Below are positions 13,101 to 27,048 of a DNA stretch of 64,000 bases, piece by piece. The stretch is from Octopus sinensis (lineage: Eukaryota). The DNA is taken from contig NC_043001.1 of assembly GCF_006345805.1 (NCBI RefSeq), forward strand, positions 47,616,001 to 47,680,000, written 5' to 3'. The stretch's first letter is position 1, and each line of letters opens with the position of its first letter. A program made the position numbers and the translations under genes. The notes below the pieces were generated by a model, which did no database searches, had not been told where the DNA came from, and worked only from the letters and a program-made list of their open reading frames with translations.

Positions 13101-16100
13101 ATCCATAACTTGCAGTAAGCAACATTTATTAAAATAAAAATATTCAGAACACAGAATAACATGTAACAAAAACAATTTACAAACATATTTACATTCCCAT
13201 ATAACAATTAAGAACATCACCATTATTGTATTACGCATGCGCGGAAGTATTTGTTCGACTAGGTACTGCTGGCTTAATTACGCACGACTCAAGTTAGAGA
13301 AGGGGTGCGTATAATATACAAGGTTTAGGTTTTTCAGAGGTACATCACCCTAAAAATCCCTTGCGCATTATACTCAAGGGCGGACTATACTCGAGGATTT
13401 ATGGCATGTGTGTGTAAGTGAGTGTGAATATGTGTGTATGCACGCATGAAAATATGTTTGGCTGCAGGACATCTGATTTATGTAAAGCATGGAAGAGTAG
13501 ATGTTAAAACGATGAAAATGATGACAACAATGACAGTGATGATGATGACGATGATGACGACGACTGATTGATTGATTGATTCATTCATTCATTACAGATA
13601 TAAATATAAACTTGAGATGTGCTACCAGTTATTAATGCTTGAATGTCCTACGCATGAAAAGGAACTACAACGCAAGTTAGAATACATACATGATACCTTC
13701 AATTATCTGTGCAATGGAAGGATTCAAAGTGAGTATATAAATTAATTTATCATCTTTTATGTTTCATTTGTTTCAGTCATTGAGCCTCCTGGTTGGAGGT
13801 TCACATTTGCTCCAGAGTTCCCCTGGAAGAACCCCATTTCAGCCACACGTATTTGTGATTGAACTCTTTCATTCATGGCCCTAGGTGAGGTTAGGCCTTA
13901 AAATCAAATTGAAGATAGCAAGTTTGGCTTTTTTACCAATCTCTCTTCTGAGGATCGAATGTTGCAGCTAACACATAATTTTACCAGCACCTAAAATTCT
14001 TGCATCCAATTCAGCCTCCTGATTCCTATTACTTCTGAATACAACCCTCAGATACTTCAACTTCTCCACTTGTCTCAGTGATGTTCCACTAGCATGCAGA
14101 GTGCACTGGGAAGACTTTCTTGAGAGGACCAATGCCTCAGTCTTCCCAACATTAATTCCCATCCCTGCCTTACAGAATTCAGCAGTGAAGCTATTAAGTG
14201 CATGCTGAAGATCACCTTCTGATGAGTCAAATAGCACCATGTCATCTGCAAATATCAGTTCACCAATCCTACACCCACTTAATGTGATACCACTTTCATA
14301 ATGGCTATGCATTTCAATTCAGTTCATAAAAATTATGAAAAGCAGAGGTGGTGGTATACATTCGTGCCCAAAGTCCAACACCTCCATTGAAAGGATTTGA
14401 CTTAGCACAATTTACCCAAAACCAAATATCTGGGAAATAATGTAAAACAAAATAATGATTTCTTTATTTTTTCAAGTTCACTTGATATAATTATATTTTA
14501 TTATTATTTTATTATAAGAGTAATAAGGTGGCAAACTGGAAGGATCGTTAGCATGCTGGCCAAAGTGCTTAGTAACATTTCATCCATCCTTACATTCCAA
14601 GTTCAAATTCCACAGAGGTCGACTTTGCCTTTCATCCTTTTGGGGGTCAATAAATTAAGTACTTGTGGAGTACTGGGGTCGATGTAATAGACTTGACCCC
14701 TCCCCTCAAATTTCATGCCTTGTGCCTATAGTAGAAAGGTTTATATTATAATAGTAAGGCTGTGAATGGGCAAGATCATTTGCATCTGAGTAAAATGCTT
14801 AGTAGCATTTTGTCAATCTCTATGTTCTGAGTTCAAATTCCATCAAAGTCGACTTTGCCTTCCTTCCTTTTTGGGTTGATAAAATAAGTACCAGTTGAGC
14901 ACTGGGATTGATGTAATCAACTTATCCCTCCCTTGAACTTGCTGACCTTGTGCCAAAATTAGAAACCATTAGAGTAGAGACATCAGACTCACTACCAAAT
15001 GCAGATTGGTGAATGCAATTGTCTTCCCAATAGCAACATATGGATGCAAGACCTGGACACTAAAGAAAGCTGACCAGAAGAGAATTAATGCATTCGAGCT
15101 TTGGTGTTGGAGAAGACTTTTATGGATTCCATGGACAGCGAGGCTCACCAATGGAGAAGTTCATAAGCAGATAAGGCCGAAAATGCTGCTAGAAGCTAGG
15201 ATCACCAAGCATAGATTGGCATATTTCAGTCATATTATGCGGAGAAAATCCCTGGAGAAGGACATCATGCTCGGAATGGTCAGTGGCAAGAGAGGAAGAG
15301 GCCGACCAAGAACCCGCTGGCTTGACACCATCAAGAGTGATACCGGAATGGACATAGCCATTCTGAAAGAAGTGGCCCAGGATAGAACTGACTGGAGGAC
15401 ACTGATCCAACGAGTGATCAAGAGTCGACTTCGACTGAGCGGATAAAGAAAGATGTTATAATAATGAATTGTTTTATGATAATGAAGAAAAATAATTAAT
15501 TTCATGTCTTTATGTTCTTTTTCCAACCATTTTACTTGTCTTTAGCTTACATTGATGTACAGCCTTGTTTGAAATATATTGAACCACTCCCTGCCATGAA
15601 AAGCTGTGAGAGCATTATGCTGCCAAGTATTGATGAATGCAGGTAAGCTAACTTAATGTCATTAAAACTAGTTGTTGTTCTCACAAGGTAAATCCTGATC
15701 CAGCAAACTTATCACATGTATGCCAGCCATGATCACCCCTCCAAATCAATAAGAGACTCATAGCATCATAACGTGATCATATGACCTGCTAACAACAGCA
15801 ACTAAATCTCTGTCAAATCATACTCACCTTCACAGGGAAAGGATACATTAGACAATCTGATCTTGGGATCCATGTACATGGATTAAAAGCAGTGGGAAGC
15901 TCATAGCTAGAATGCTCTTGTTCAGTGGGGTCTACTCAGTCAGAGCTAACCTGAGACTAAACAATATCAGGAACAGAAACAACTCATGATGTCTTTGAGA
16001 GGATATTTAGAACTATATTGAGAGGATATTTAGAACTATATTTCATTGGCCTTCCATGTTTATGATACCAAGGATTATATTTGAGGGCAGTTTGGCTGAT

Positions 16101-16994
16101 AGATATAGAGGGCTAAACAGCAACGACCCCATCCTATCTTGTTGCAAATTCGCTACATCAATATATGCAGCAATTAAGGTGGCAAGCTGGCAGAGTTGCT
16201 AGCACACCAGGCAAAATGCTTGGTGGCATTTCATCTGTCTTAAAGCTTTGAGTTCAAATTCCATTGAGGACAACTTTACTTTTCATCCTTTCAGGGTGTA
16301 TAAATTAAATACCAGTTGTAGACTGAGGTCATTGTAATCGACTTATCCCTCCTCTAAACTTGCTGGCCTTATGCAAAATTTGAAACCAATTTATGTAGCA
16401 ATTACAAAATAGTAATTGATGTGCTTTTAATTTGATTTGAACTGTATGGGGCTTTATCATGATAAATCTATTGTTTTCTGCGAATTAAATATTTATCTTT
16501 AACGTAAGCCCAAAACTACAATTTGGAAAAAAGATATTGTTGATTATATTGCTTCATGTGTTTGACTGGTACTAACTGCACAAAGATGAAAATCAAAATT
16601 GACTTCATCAAGATTTGAACACAGAACACAAAGAGACGTAACTTAATACTGCAAGACACTTTGTCTGATATTTCTACCAACTCAGTTTTTCCAATGCTGA
16701 ACATTGCCAGTTTTAATGTAGATGTTTTTGTTCATTTTTACTTTTATTATGATTTTTGTTATTTTCATTTTTGTCTTTTTCATATTTCAGTAAAATTGAT
16801 AAGATAACTACGTGTGTAGCTAACTGGATTGAGCGATCGTGTGGTCCAAAGGCAGCAGGTTTTATGAAAGTATTGCTGGAGACTGAACTTGCTTTGCCTC
16901 TGCCCCCAGGAACATGTAAATTCCCCAACAGAGGTAAATTTCAAATTATCACTCTGTCTTTATTTCTTTTAACAGAGAATATGAGAAATTTTAT

Positions 16995-17048
<54 letters not shown>

Positions 17049-19340
17049 CAGACAGACAGAAAGAAAGAAATGGAGAGAGAGAGACAGACAGACAGAGAAA
17101 GTTATACTAAACTATGGAGGGGTGCTGAAAAGTTCCTTGCTTTGAATAAAAGAAAATACAGAAGGATTAGTTAATTATGATTTTATTCAATATATTCCCC
17201 TCTCAGATTCACACATATTGCAGCAGTCCTTCAGTTTTCTAAGCCCTGTAAAAAGGACTTGAAATGTTGAGCTTCTGTAGCAGCGATCACTTCCAAATTG
17301 GAATGAAATTCTGTTCCCTTGAGATATTCTTCAGTTATGGAAAGAGGTGATAGTTGGAGAGTAAGGTGGGTGGTCAACCAATTCGAAGCCAAAGTTGCAT
17401 ATTTTCCACAGAGTTTTTGCATACTGTGTGTTGGTGCATTGTCCTGCAAAAACAGGACTTCATGGCTCAGCTTGCCACAGCATTTCTGCTTCAAAGTTTC
17501 AGAGATGATAATCAGAGCCCCCCCCCCCCCCCCCGCCAACCCACTGGTCAAGGCAGTGGTCCATCATGGCCCCAACATGGCCCTGATGACTGAAACAAGT
17601 GAAAGATAAACTAGGATAAACTTAGATATATTCTGGCCAAAAGTTGATTTAGGCCTTGTGTAACTTAACACCACCTGTTGAGTCATTTTTAAGTTAAGTT
17701 TTGTGGTATCATGACTCATTCAAATAAGAAGCTGCTGATTAATATGTATCCAGGTATCAGTAGCTTGTCTGATATCCCCTGAAGAAATTTTTCAGATATT
17801 GTTTGCAGGGGATGTGATCCTTTTCTTCTTTGATATGTTTTGGGAATAATGTTCAACAGAGCAGTCGTGTTGAGGAAAAGTAATTGTGTAGCGATGTATT
17901 TCTTATGTGTTGTGAGCCTAAATTGTGTAAAGTGTATATGGCATGGGGTTCTAATCATGGATGGATTGTGAATTTGATATTAGAAACGAACTTCACCATA
18001 GTGACACATTTCAGATGCATTCAAACCAATGAGCTATCTTCTACATAGTCACTTACCTACTAGAAATATCTGTTTCTTTATTACCCACAAGGGGCTAAAC
18101 ATAGAGGGGACAAACAAGGACAGACAAACGGATTAAGTCGATTACATCGACTCCAGTGCGTAACTGGTACTTATTTAATCAACCTCGAAAGGATGAAAGG
18201 CAAAGTCAACCTCGGCGAAATTTGAACTCAGAACGTAACTGCAGACAAAATACGGCTAGGCATTTCGCCCGGCGTGCTGACGATTCTGCCAGCTCGCCGC
18301 CTAGAAATATCAGTCAAATGACACCTGACTCACTTAAATAAGTGAAGGACACATTAGATGACCTAGGCCTACATACTCTTAAATAAGGGATGGTAATAGT
18401 TAAAATATCTTTGGTCACAGATCAACTCAATACGTGCTGGCCTGGGGTTAAACAGCATCAGACATATATATGTCTATATATACACATATATATATATATA
18501 TACACTGTACATATGCTAAGACTTTGCAATCCAAGAACAAGTAGAAGAGTAAAGAGTAAAGAGAGAGATAACCTTGTAATAGCACTGCTAACACAGGAAT
18601 ACACAGTATTGACTTAAAAAAACATTTCATATACTTTGTAGTATATTATAGTTGCATAATGTAATATCATGTCCCTATAGGTCATTAATGATTTTTATCG
18701 TTTTCCTTTTATTTTCAGGAAAAGAATATAAATGTTCTTTGCATAATGTTGAAACTGAAAGCAATACTTGTGCAGCTCATATTGGATTCTCTAGCAAAGA
18801 TCTTAAACAGTTAATGTTGAATCCTTTACCAAAACTGAATGAGCAAAAACTAAATTTCCTTTGCAAGTAAGTTATACAACACAGTTTTTGATAAAAATTT
18901 AATGTATGATATGATAATTTAAGTTGCCAGGTTTTCAAAGAGAGAAGAAAATATAGTATTGATCTGATAACCAGAGGCCTGCTACAGGTAACACTGTAAG
19001 CCAGCACAACTTGAGTTTTGTTAGGCCATTAGCAATTAAACCAGTAACTTCACTAAATTTGCTTGTGAGGAGGGTGATTTTTGACACCCTTAATGATAAA
19101 AAGCTGACAAGTAAAAGGCACCTGTACTTGTAACATGTAAAAAGCACCCATGCTGATGACATAAAAGGCACCTGTGTCAATCGCAACCAGTATACTTTGT
19201 AGAGTGGTTGGTGTTAAGAAGGGCATCCAGCCACAGTAATCAAGCCAAAACAGATAACTGGAGACTGGTGTAGGTCTCTATCTTACCGGCACTTGTCAAA
19301 CCATCTAACCCATGCCAGTGTGGGAAATGAACATTAAATG

Positions 19341-19385
<45 letters not shown>

Positions 19386-19604
19386 CATGTATGTATGTGT
19401 ATATATTCTAGCAAAAACTGTCTGATGAACTGCAACAAGAAACTCAGAGTAACAGATTTTGTTGAATTTTCTGCTGCTTTAAATAAAGTATATATATATA
19501 TATATAATATATATATATATCCCACTTCTGACAAGCATCTTTTTTAAATGGCAGTGCCCCAGCATGGCCACAGCTCGTGAGCTGAAATTAGATAAAATAA
19601 AAAA

Positions 19605-19673
<69 letters not shown>

Positions 19674-19702
19674 TATATATATATGTATATATATATACAC
19701 AC

Positions 19703-19757
<55 letters not shown>

Positions 19758-20361
19758 GGAGTGGCTGTATGGTAAGTAGCTTGCTTACCAACCACATGGT
19801 TCCGGGTTCAGTCCCACTGCGTGGCACGTTGGGCAAGTGTTTTCTACTATAGCCTCGGACCGACTAAAGCCTTGTGAGTGGATTTGGTAGACAGAAACTG
19901 AAAGAAGCCCGTCGTATATATGTATATATATATATATGCATGTGTGTGTGTGTTTGTGTGTCTGTGTTTATTCCCCCAACATCGCTTGACAACCGATGCT
20001 GGTGTGTTTACGTCCCCATAACTTAGCGGTTTGGCATGAGAGACCGATAGAATAAGTACTAGGCTTACAAAGAATGAGTCTTGGGGGTCGATTTGCTCGA
20101 TTAAAGGTGGTGCTCCAGCATGGCTACAGTCAAATGACTGAAACAAGAGTAAAAGAGTAAAGAGTAAGAGTACTCACTAGTGAACCCTAATATAATTGGT
20201 TGCATCTTCCTTTCTCTGTCAGGTACCTTTAGTTTACTTAACATAGCTAATAGTATTTAGAAGATATACCAATATTTATTTTATCTTATCTAATCATTTT
20301 AGTTATCTTAATTTTGTCACTATCATTGTTATTACTATTTTTGTTGATATTATTATTATTA

Positions 20362-20409
<48 letters not shown>

Positions 20410-21651
20410 GATTGTTTAGTTATTTTTAATTTAATTTTAATTATATTTTTAATCTTAATTGATCTTAATAGTATTACAATTATTTGAATTTTTAAATATT
20501 TATTCCTTTAAGAAAAATAATTTATTTGAAATAGACTTTCTTCCTAGTTTATTTTCCTTGAAAATTCACATTAACTCAAACTGTCTTCAACTCATAGTTT
20601 ATATTTATGATTAATGCTGATCAAATGACATTTCCATTGTAACTCAATATATCTACTGAAAAGCTTGGTTCTATATACCTTCTCTGGGTATTTGAATTGG
20701 TCAATATTAGTTTAAATAGGGTAGGAATTTTGCCATAAACATTCTTCAAGTTACCAAGTAGGATTGAAGAAACTAAGTATCATATTACAATTTTGTTATG
20801 ACCTGATAAGCACAATTCCTAAGCAGATCTGTTGAACTACTTCTCAACTCCTTACACTGGTCAAATATTGTTAGTAATTATTATTACAAACTCCCTAAAA
20901 AATATTCTCTATTCCAAGCAGTGTGGCATCGCTTTGATAAGGATAAGATGCTGCTAAATTTCTCTCACTTAATAAAATCTTAGTCAATCAAATATGGATT
21001 TGACTACTATGCCTGGTTACTGCATTGCAGAATTTTGAATGTTGAAGCTTGCCAATAAATGAAACATGTATAAGCTGATTAAATGATGTATGATTCTCCA
21101 TTCAATTGTTTGATTCTCCGTTCTATATATATAAAATATAAGTAACAAAAAGGTACTCCTTTGCTACTCATATTTTATTCACCTATCCTGGAATCTATGC
21201 TTCGTAAATATTACAGACAGTATTTTTAATATAAAGTACATGTCTGAATAGCTAAGAGCAGATTTCTACACACAGTTGAGTCTTATTATTTGCATACACA
21301 GCAAGAATATCAAGTGGCCAGCGCTTATGCACCAAGTTTGATATTCACTTAATATTGTTGAGTATGCATGTTACTCAGACTTAACAAGGTACCTCAATTT
21401 AAATACCTAATTCAACTGAATCTTAATTGCATTTGGTATATATATATATATATATATATATATACTTTATTTAAAAGCAGCAGAAAATTCAACAAAACCT
21501 GTTACTCTGAGTTTCATGTTCCCGTTCGTCGGACAGTTTTTGCTAGCAAAAACTGTCCGATCTGCTGCTTTTATATAAAGCATATTACTCTACCACTGGT
21601 ATTTGAGTACTCTTTTTTCCACCTTGTTTCACATTTATGTATTTACTCTGG

Positions 21652-21703
<52 letters not shown>

Positions 21704-21844
21704 TAATGCATATATATACGTATATATACACATGCACACACATACCCACACACCTACACCCATGTACACATACATACACACATATATACATACACACATA
21801 TATATATACACACACACATATATATATATACAAATGCATATATA

Positions 21845-21879
<35 letters not shown>

Positions 21880-21993
21880 TTAATGTAGGATGGCTAGCAT
21901 ATTAAAAAATACCTTTAAAGATATATATATACATACATATATATATATACACGCACACAATGACACAGACACATACACACATGCATGCGTGCA

Positions 21994-22025
<32 letters not shown>

Positions 22026-25000
22026 TTGTGTGTGTGTGTTAAGTCATTACCACATTCTTTTTTTTTTTTAATTTTAAAGTCTTTTTTTTAAGTTCATATT
22101 CACTTCAGTATATTGATGCTGTAACTGAAACTGGACTGCAGTGAATGTTGGCACCTCTGTCACAAGCTGGCTAATGGAAAACTTGTAAATTATTCAGTGA
22201 TCCAATACTAAGTGCCTATTACTTGATCAAGAGGTAAGTAGGTAACCAAGTGTATGACTGTTTCCATTGTTGACATCAGGTATATGCTTAATATCTTTGG
22301 TGTAGTATGAATGTCCAGTATTTTGGACTTCTGTCAGGTCATGGTAAATGAAATATTGTTTATAGTATTCCTCATGTATGCTTTTATATTGTTATTTATC
22401 TCCAGTTCATGACTGATTCAGCAGACATATGATCAAAAGCTTTCCAGCTGTGGCCCTCCCATAGCTTTCTATAACTTGGACTATATTTTGCAATGTGCCA
22501 TGTTCTTACTTTGTTTAAAAACAAGAGAGCAATGGGCCTCAGTCTTTTTTAACTTCATGGTAGACTGAATATTATTAAAAAATTTTACTGAAAAATGATG
22601 CTGAAACTTAGAGATGCTCCCTACACTTTGTTTTAAACAAATACTCCATTGGTTATGATGATGAGGGTTCCAGTTGATCTGATCAATGGAACAGGCCTAC
22701 TCATGAAATTAACATACAAGTGGTTGAGTCCACCACAGACACATGTACCCTTAACATAGTTCTCAGAGAGATTCAATATGATAAGGCCAGCTCTTTGAAT
22801 TACATGTACGTTTTGATTTTTACCAGCTGAGTGGACTGGAGCAATGTGAAATAAAGTGTCTTACTCAAGGAAACAATGCACCACCAGAAATTGAACCCAT
22901 GACCTGATGATTGCAAGTTTTTTACCCCAACCCCTAAACTGCATGCCTTCACACTCCTTACAATATTCTCTCAATTACACAATGTTCATATGTACACTGC
23001 CTTTACTTTTTGACCTTGGATAAATTTGGTTTTGTTTGTCTGTCACTACAGCCTAGGTACTCTTTGCAGTTAAGTGTCTTGAGCCAGTGCAATGAAATAT
23101 CTAGGTTTTAAACATGATGCAAACTGTCAACCTATAGCTAGCAGATCTATCCACTTTACCAACCTGGATCTTTGATAGTGGGTTTATTTTTATTTGGTAC
23201 TGTAGTCATCACAAGTGTGCTGCTGTAAGAACACAAAGGACCAGAACAGATACAGCAAAATATCCCATCCATCATCATCATCAGCAGCAGCAGCAGTAGC
23301 AGCAACATTTAACATCCATTTTCCATGCTAGCATAGGTTGGACAACTTGACAGGAAATGGCAAGGTCAGAAGCCTCACCAGGCTCTGTAGTGTGTTTTGG
23401 CTTGATTTCCATAGCTGGATGCCCTTCTTAACACCAACCACTCCACAGAGTTTACTGGGTGCTTTTTATGTGGCATCAGCACCAGTGCTTTTTTACATGG
23501 CACCAGCACCCACACCAATGCACGTTATTTGGCTCCTTGGTTTTAGGGTCTCAACTCTTTTGTGGTGGACAGGTTTTCTTGAGTATAGCAATGCACCGCA
23601 TATCTCAGCCCTCTGTCATCTCCTTCGTAAGGTTCAGTGTTTTGAGATTAGCCTTCAGTACTTTGTCCCATGTCTTCTGGGGTCTCCCTCTTCCACAACT
23701 TCCTCCACTTTTAAATGCAGTGTTGTCCAGCTTCCTAGATTTATCAGCCAAATCATCCTGTATTCATACCTTGTTGTCATTAAAGAAAAAGGATGCATCA
23801 GTCAATGTAGTCCTAGAAACCTCTTGAACAAACTTATAAAAATAACATCAGGATTGTCATGGCAGGAATAACTTTGATCATAGGTCTGTTTGCTCAGGTG
23901 TAACTCACATTTAATTGTACATAGCTATGCAAAACTCAATAAAGATAACTCCACAGAATGTATATTCCTAGTGCTCATGTATTTTCAGAAATTTAGGACT
24001 ATTCCAGAAATGCATACAGAAAATAAAAGAAGAATGCCACAGCACAAACAAATTAATGTTATTTGAACATTTTTATTATAACAAACTTTTAAACTACATC
24101 TGTAAACAAGATCGAAGCGGTAAGTAATATGATATTATTAGTAGAAGTATTATGAAGGTGGCAAGCTGGCAGAATCATTAGCACACTGGACAAAATGCTG
24201 CAGAGCATTTTGTCCACCTTGATATTCTGAGTTCAAATGCTGCCAAGGTTCACTTTGCCTTTCATCACTTTCAGGGGTGATAAAATAAGTACCGGATGAG
24301 CACTGGGGGGTCGATGTAATTGACTTCCCCAACTCACCTCAAAATTGCTGGCTTTGTGCCAAAATAAGAAAGAATTAGTTGTATCATAATAAAACCAATT
24401 TCTTCATTTCATCTTGCAGTTGTCCTCATTCACAATTATTGCTTAACTCAGACACCATTTTCTGATTATCGGAAAGCTTGTTTCATTAAAGGAGGAAGGA
24501 AGATACTCAATTCAACAACCAGCAAGCAGGCTTGTCAGTAAGTTCTTTAGTATTTCTCTTAATTAGTGATTTTCAATTGCTGTAACAATTACAAATTAGA
24601 TATGTTTGACTGTACCACACAGTAATTTGATATTGTATTCAGGTTACTTGGAGACAAGATAATATCAATTTTAAATTACCCAGGTGAATGGGTAACTAGA
24701 AGTTAATTTTATCTTACCTTTTAGCCTTTTAAAAACATGTATGTATATAAGTTTTGTGGATGAAATGAGCAGTGATGTATTATCAAAAGTACACATATAG
24801 GTTCTGTGACAAAATTCAAGGTGCCCTAGCTCCAACAAGGATCAAATTTTTTCAAAAGGATTCCTCAAAGTTTGTTCTTCATTTAGGATGAAACATTGTA
24901 TATATTATGCTTGTATGAAATATGCATGCCTTAGTATGAATGGTTGTATTACAACTGACATTTTTTGTGACACTATAAAAGAAAATTTTCAGATCTTAAG

Positions 25001-27004
25001 ACTAGCTTATAAGTTTTACATGTTTTGCACAATAAATGTAGAATGAGATGTCAGCATAAGCATTTATCATTTTAGCTTAATTAGAGATACAGAGAAGTCT
25101 TATGGGAATTGTGTAAAGCAAATAAGGAATCAAAATCTGTCTATGCACATGGGTAATAGTAAGGATTTCAGAATACCTAAAGGTAACCTGAAATGGGGTT
25201 TAGCTTGATGCCCCATATTTTTACCACTTTTTTTTAGGAGACTCATGATAAAGAATGGGAACTGTAGAAGCCAGAGAAATTTGCTAATATACAGTTTTAT
25301 GTGGAAAGGAATGGTTATTCTTTTAAAGTTATAATAGAGACAGTGGCAATACTTTTCCCCACTAATAACATCCATGAGGGAACCAAAGAGGTAAGTTAGA
25401 TTCAGAAAGATGTCATGAGCAAAAAAAACAAAACAAAACGTTTGAGAAATACTGTTCTCATGTATTTGAGAGAAACTTAGGCTTTACAGACTGGAAGAGA
25501 AATTTTTCAAAATAAATAGTTAACAGACTGATTTATTTTTGCTTTTGAATTTGCACTATACTTTACAGAGTTTCTGTAGATTGAACTGCTATTTCTCCAT
25601 ATTGAGAGGTCACAGACTAAGAACATGTGACTAAAATACCACAGGAAGTAATTGCCAAATGGATTCTTCAAGCTGAGCTAACAAGCAGGAGCCTAGGAGT
25701 AGACTAAGGACAAGATGATTGGATGATATCCATAGTTTCAATTGATCATGTTTGGGAATCGAGCTGACAGTTAGTAGTGATAAGACCCTATGGGGCATGC
25801 ACCTGCAGACTTTACCCCAATGACCCTCCCAGGAATAAGGGGCAGAGAAGATGAATGAATATCAAAGAATGGGATGAGGGCTGATATTTTATCACTTGCT
25901 TCTGATAGGACTTTATGGAGGAGGGACCTGAGGACTCTACCCCAATGAACCTCCTAGGAATTGTGAGTGGGAAAGATGGATGTGTTACACTGTGTAATGT
26001 TTTGAATCCATTGAATGAATTGTGCTGTCCTTATAGTGTCCAGATGTTTTTCTCTTTGATACTGTTGAAACATTCTTACCAGAGGTTTGCAATTCCATCT
26101 GAATTTTGTGTACATTTAGAAAGTTGGAATTTGCTAAATCACAGTGTTTTGCACTTATGGTGAAAATGATTGCATATCTTCATTTCTCATGTTAACATTT
26201 TATCTGTCGTGGGGTGCAAATGAAATGAAAATTGGTTTGAAGAGAGTTATATACTGATAATCAAGTGTCTTCAAATACCACTTGCACGATGCAAATGTGA
26301 ACTGATAGGCTATATAAGTCACTCAAAGGCCTAAAATTGCATGATAACATACTTGTCTAACTTGTGAGAAGTTTGACAAATGCTTTGTAGAACCAAACAT
26401 ACCAGATCACTATTATTGATGTATCATGTTTTTATTTTGTTTTTTTACTAGTTCTCTGGATGAAACCATTCACTGCAGTTTGGATTTAACTAGGAAAGTC
26501 TGTAATTTGAAAGATTATCAGTTCATGAGAAACGTCTATCAACATGGTGTGAAAAGCACTTTCTTCAAAAACAGCTGTTCATATTTGACTAAGGTCACAA
26601 TCAAACCAGAAGTCACAACTGAAGAACACCCTCTGAAAGTATCCAATACATTTAGTAGTACGTAATGACTTTCTTTCAATTTATATTCTTGTAGAGGTGA
26701 GAATGCCATGAGAACGTGGTATTGAAATGCTGCTGATTCATTTCTTCATTTTTATATCTATGTTCTCTTGCTAGCATGGATTAGCTGAATACTTGTTATT
26801 TATTATTACTCTTTAACTCTTTTACTTGTTTCAGTCATTTGACTGTGGCCATGCTGGAGCACCGCCTTTAGTCGAGCAAATCGACCCTGGGACTTATTCT
26901 TTGTAAGTCTATCGGTCTCTTTTGCCGAACCGCTAAGTTACGGGGACATAAACACACCAGCATCGGTTGTCAAGCAATGCTAGGGGGACAAACACAGACA
27001 CACA

Positions 27005-27048
<44 letters not shown>

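Noticed and set aside
22140-22233. Strong donor GAG|GTAAGT inside the intron between exons E and F
   Set aside because: No upstream frame is compatible with the required phases; exon F (23989-24119) fits exactly.
23338-23871. 177-aa ORF
   Set aside because: Antisense reading of an RTE-tail repeat within an intron; TTG start and no domain features.
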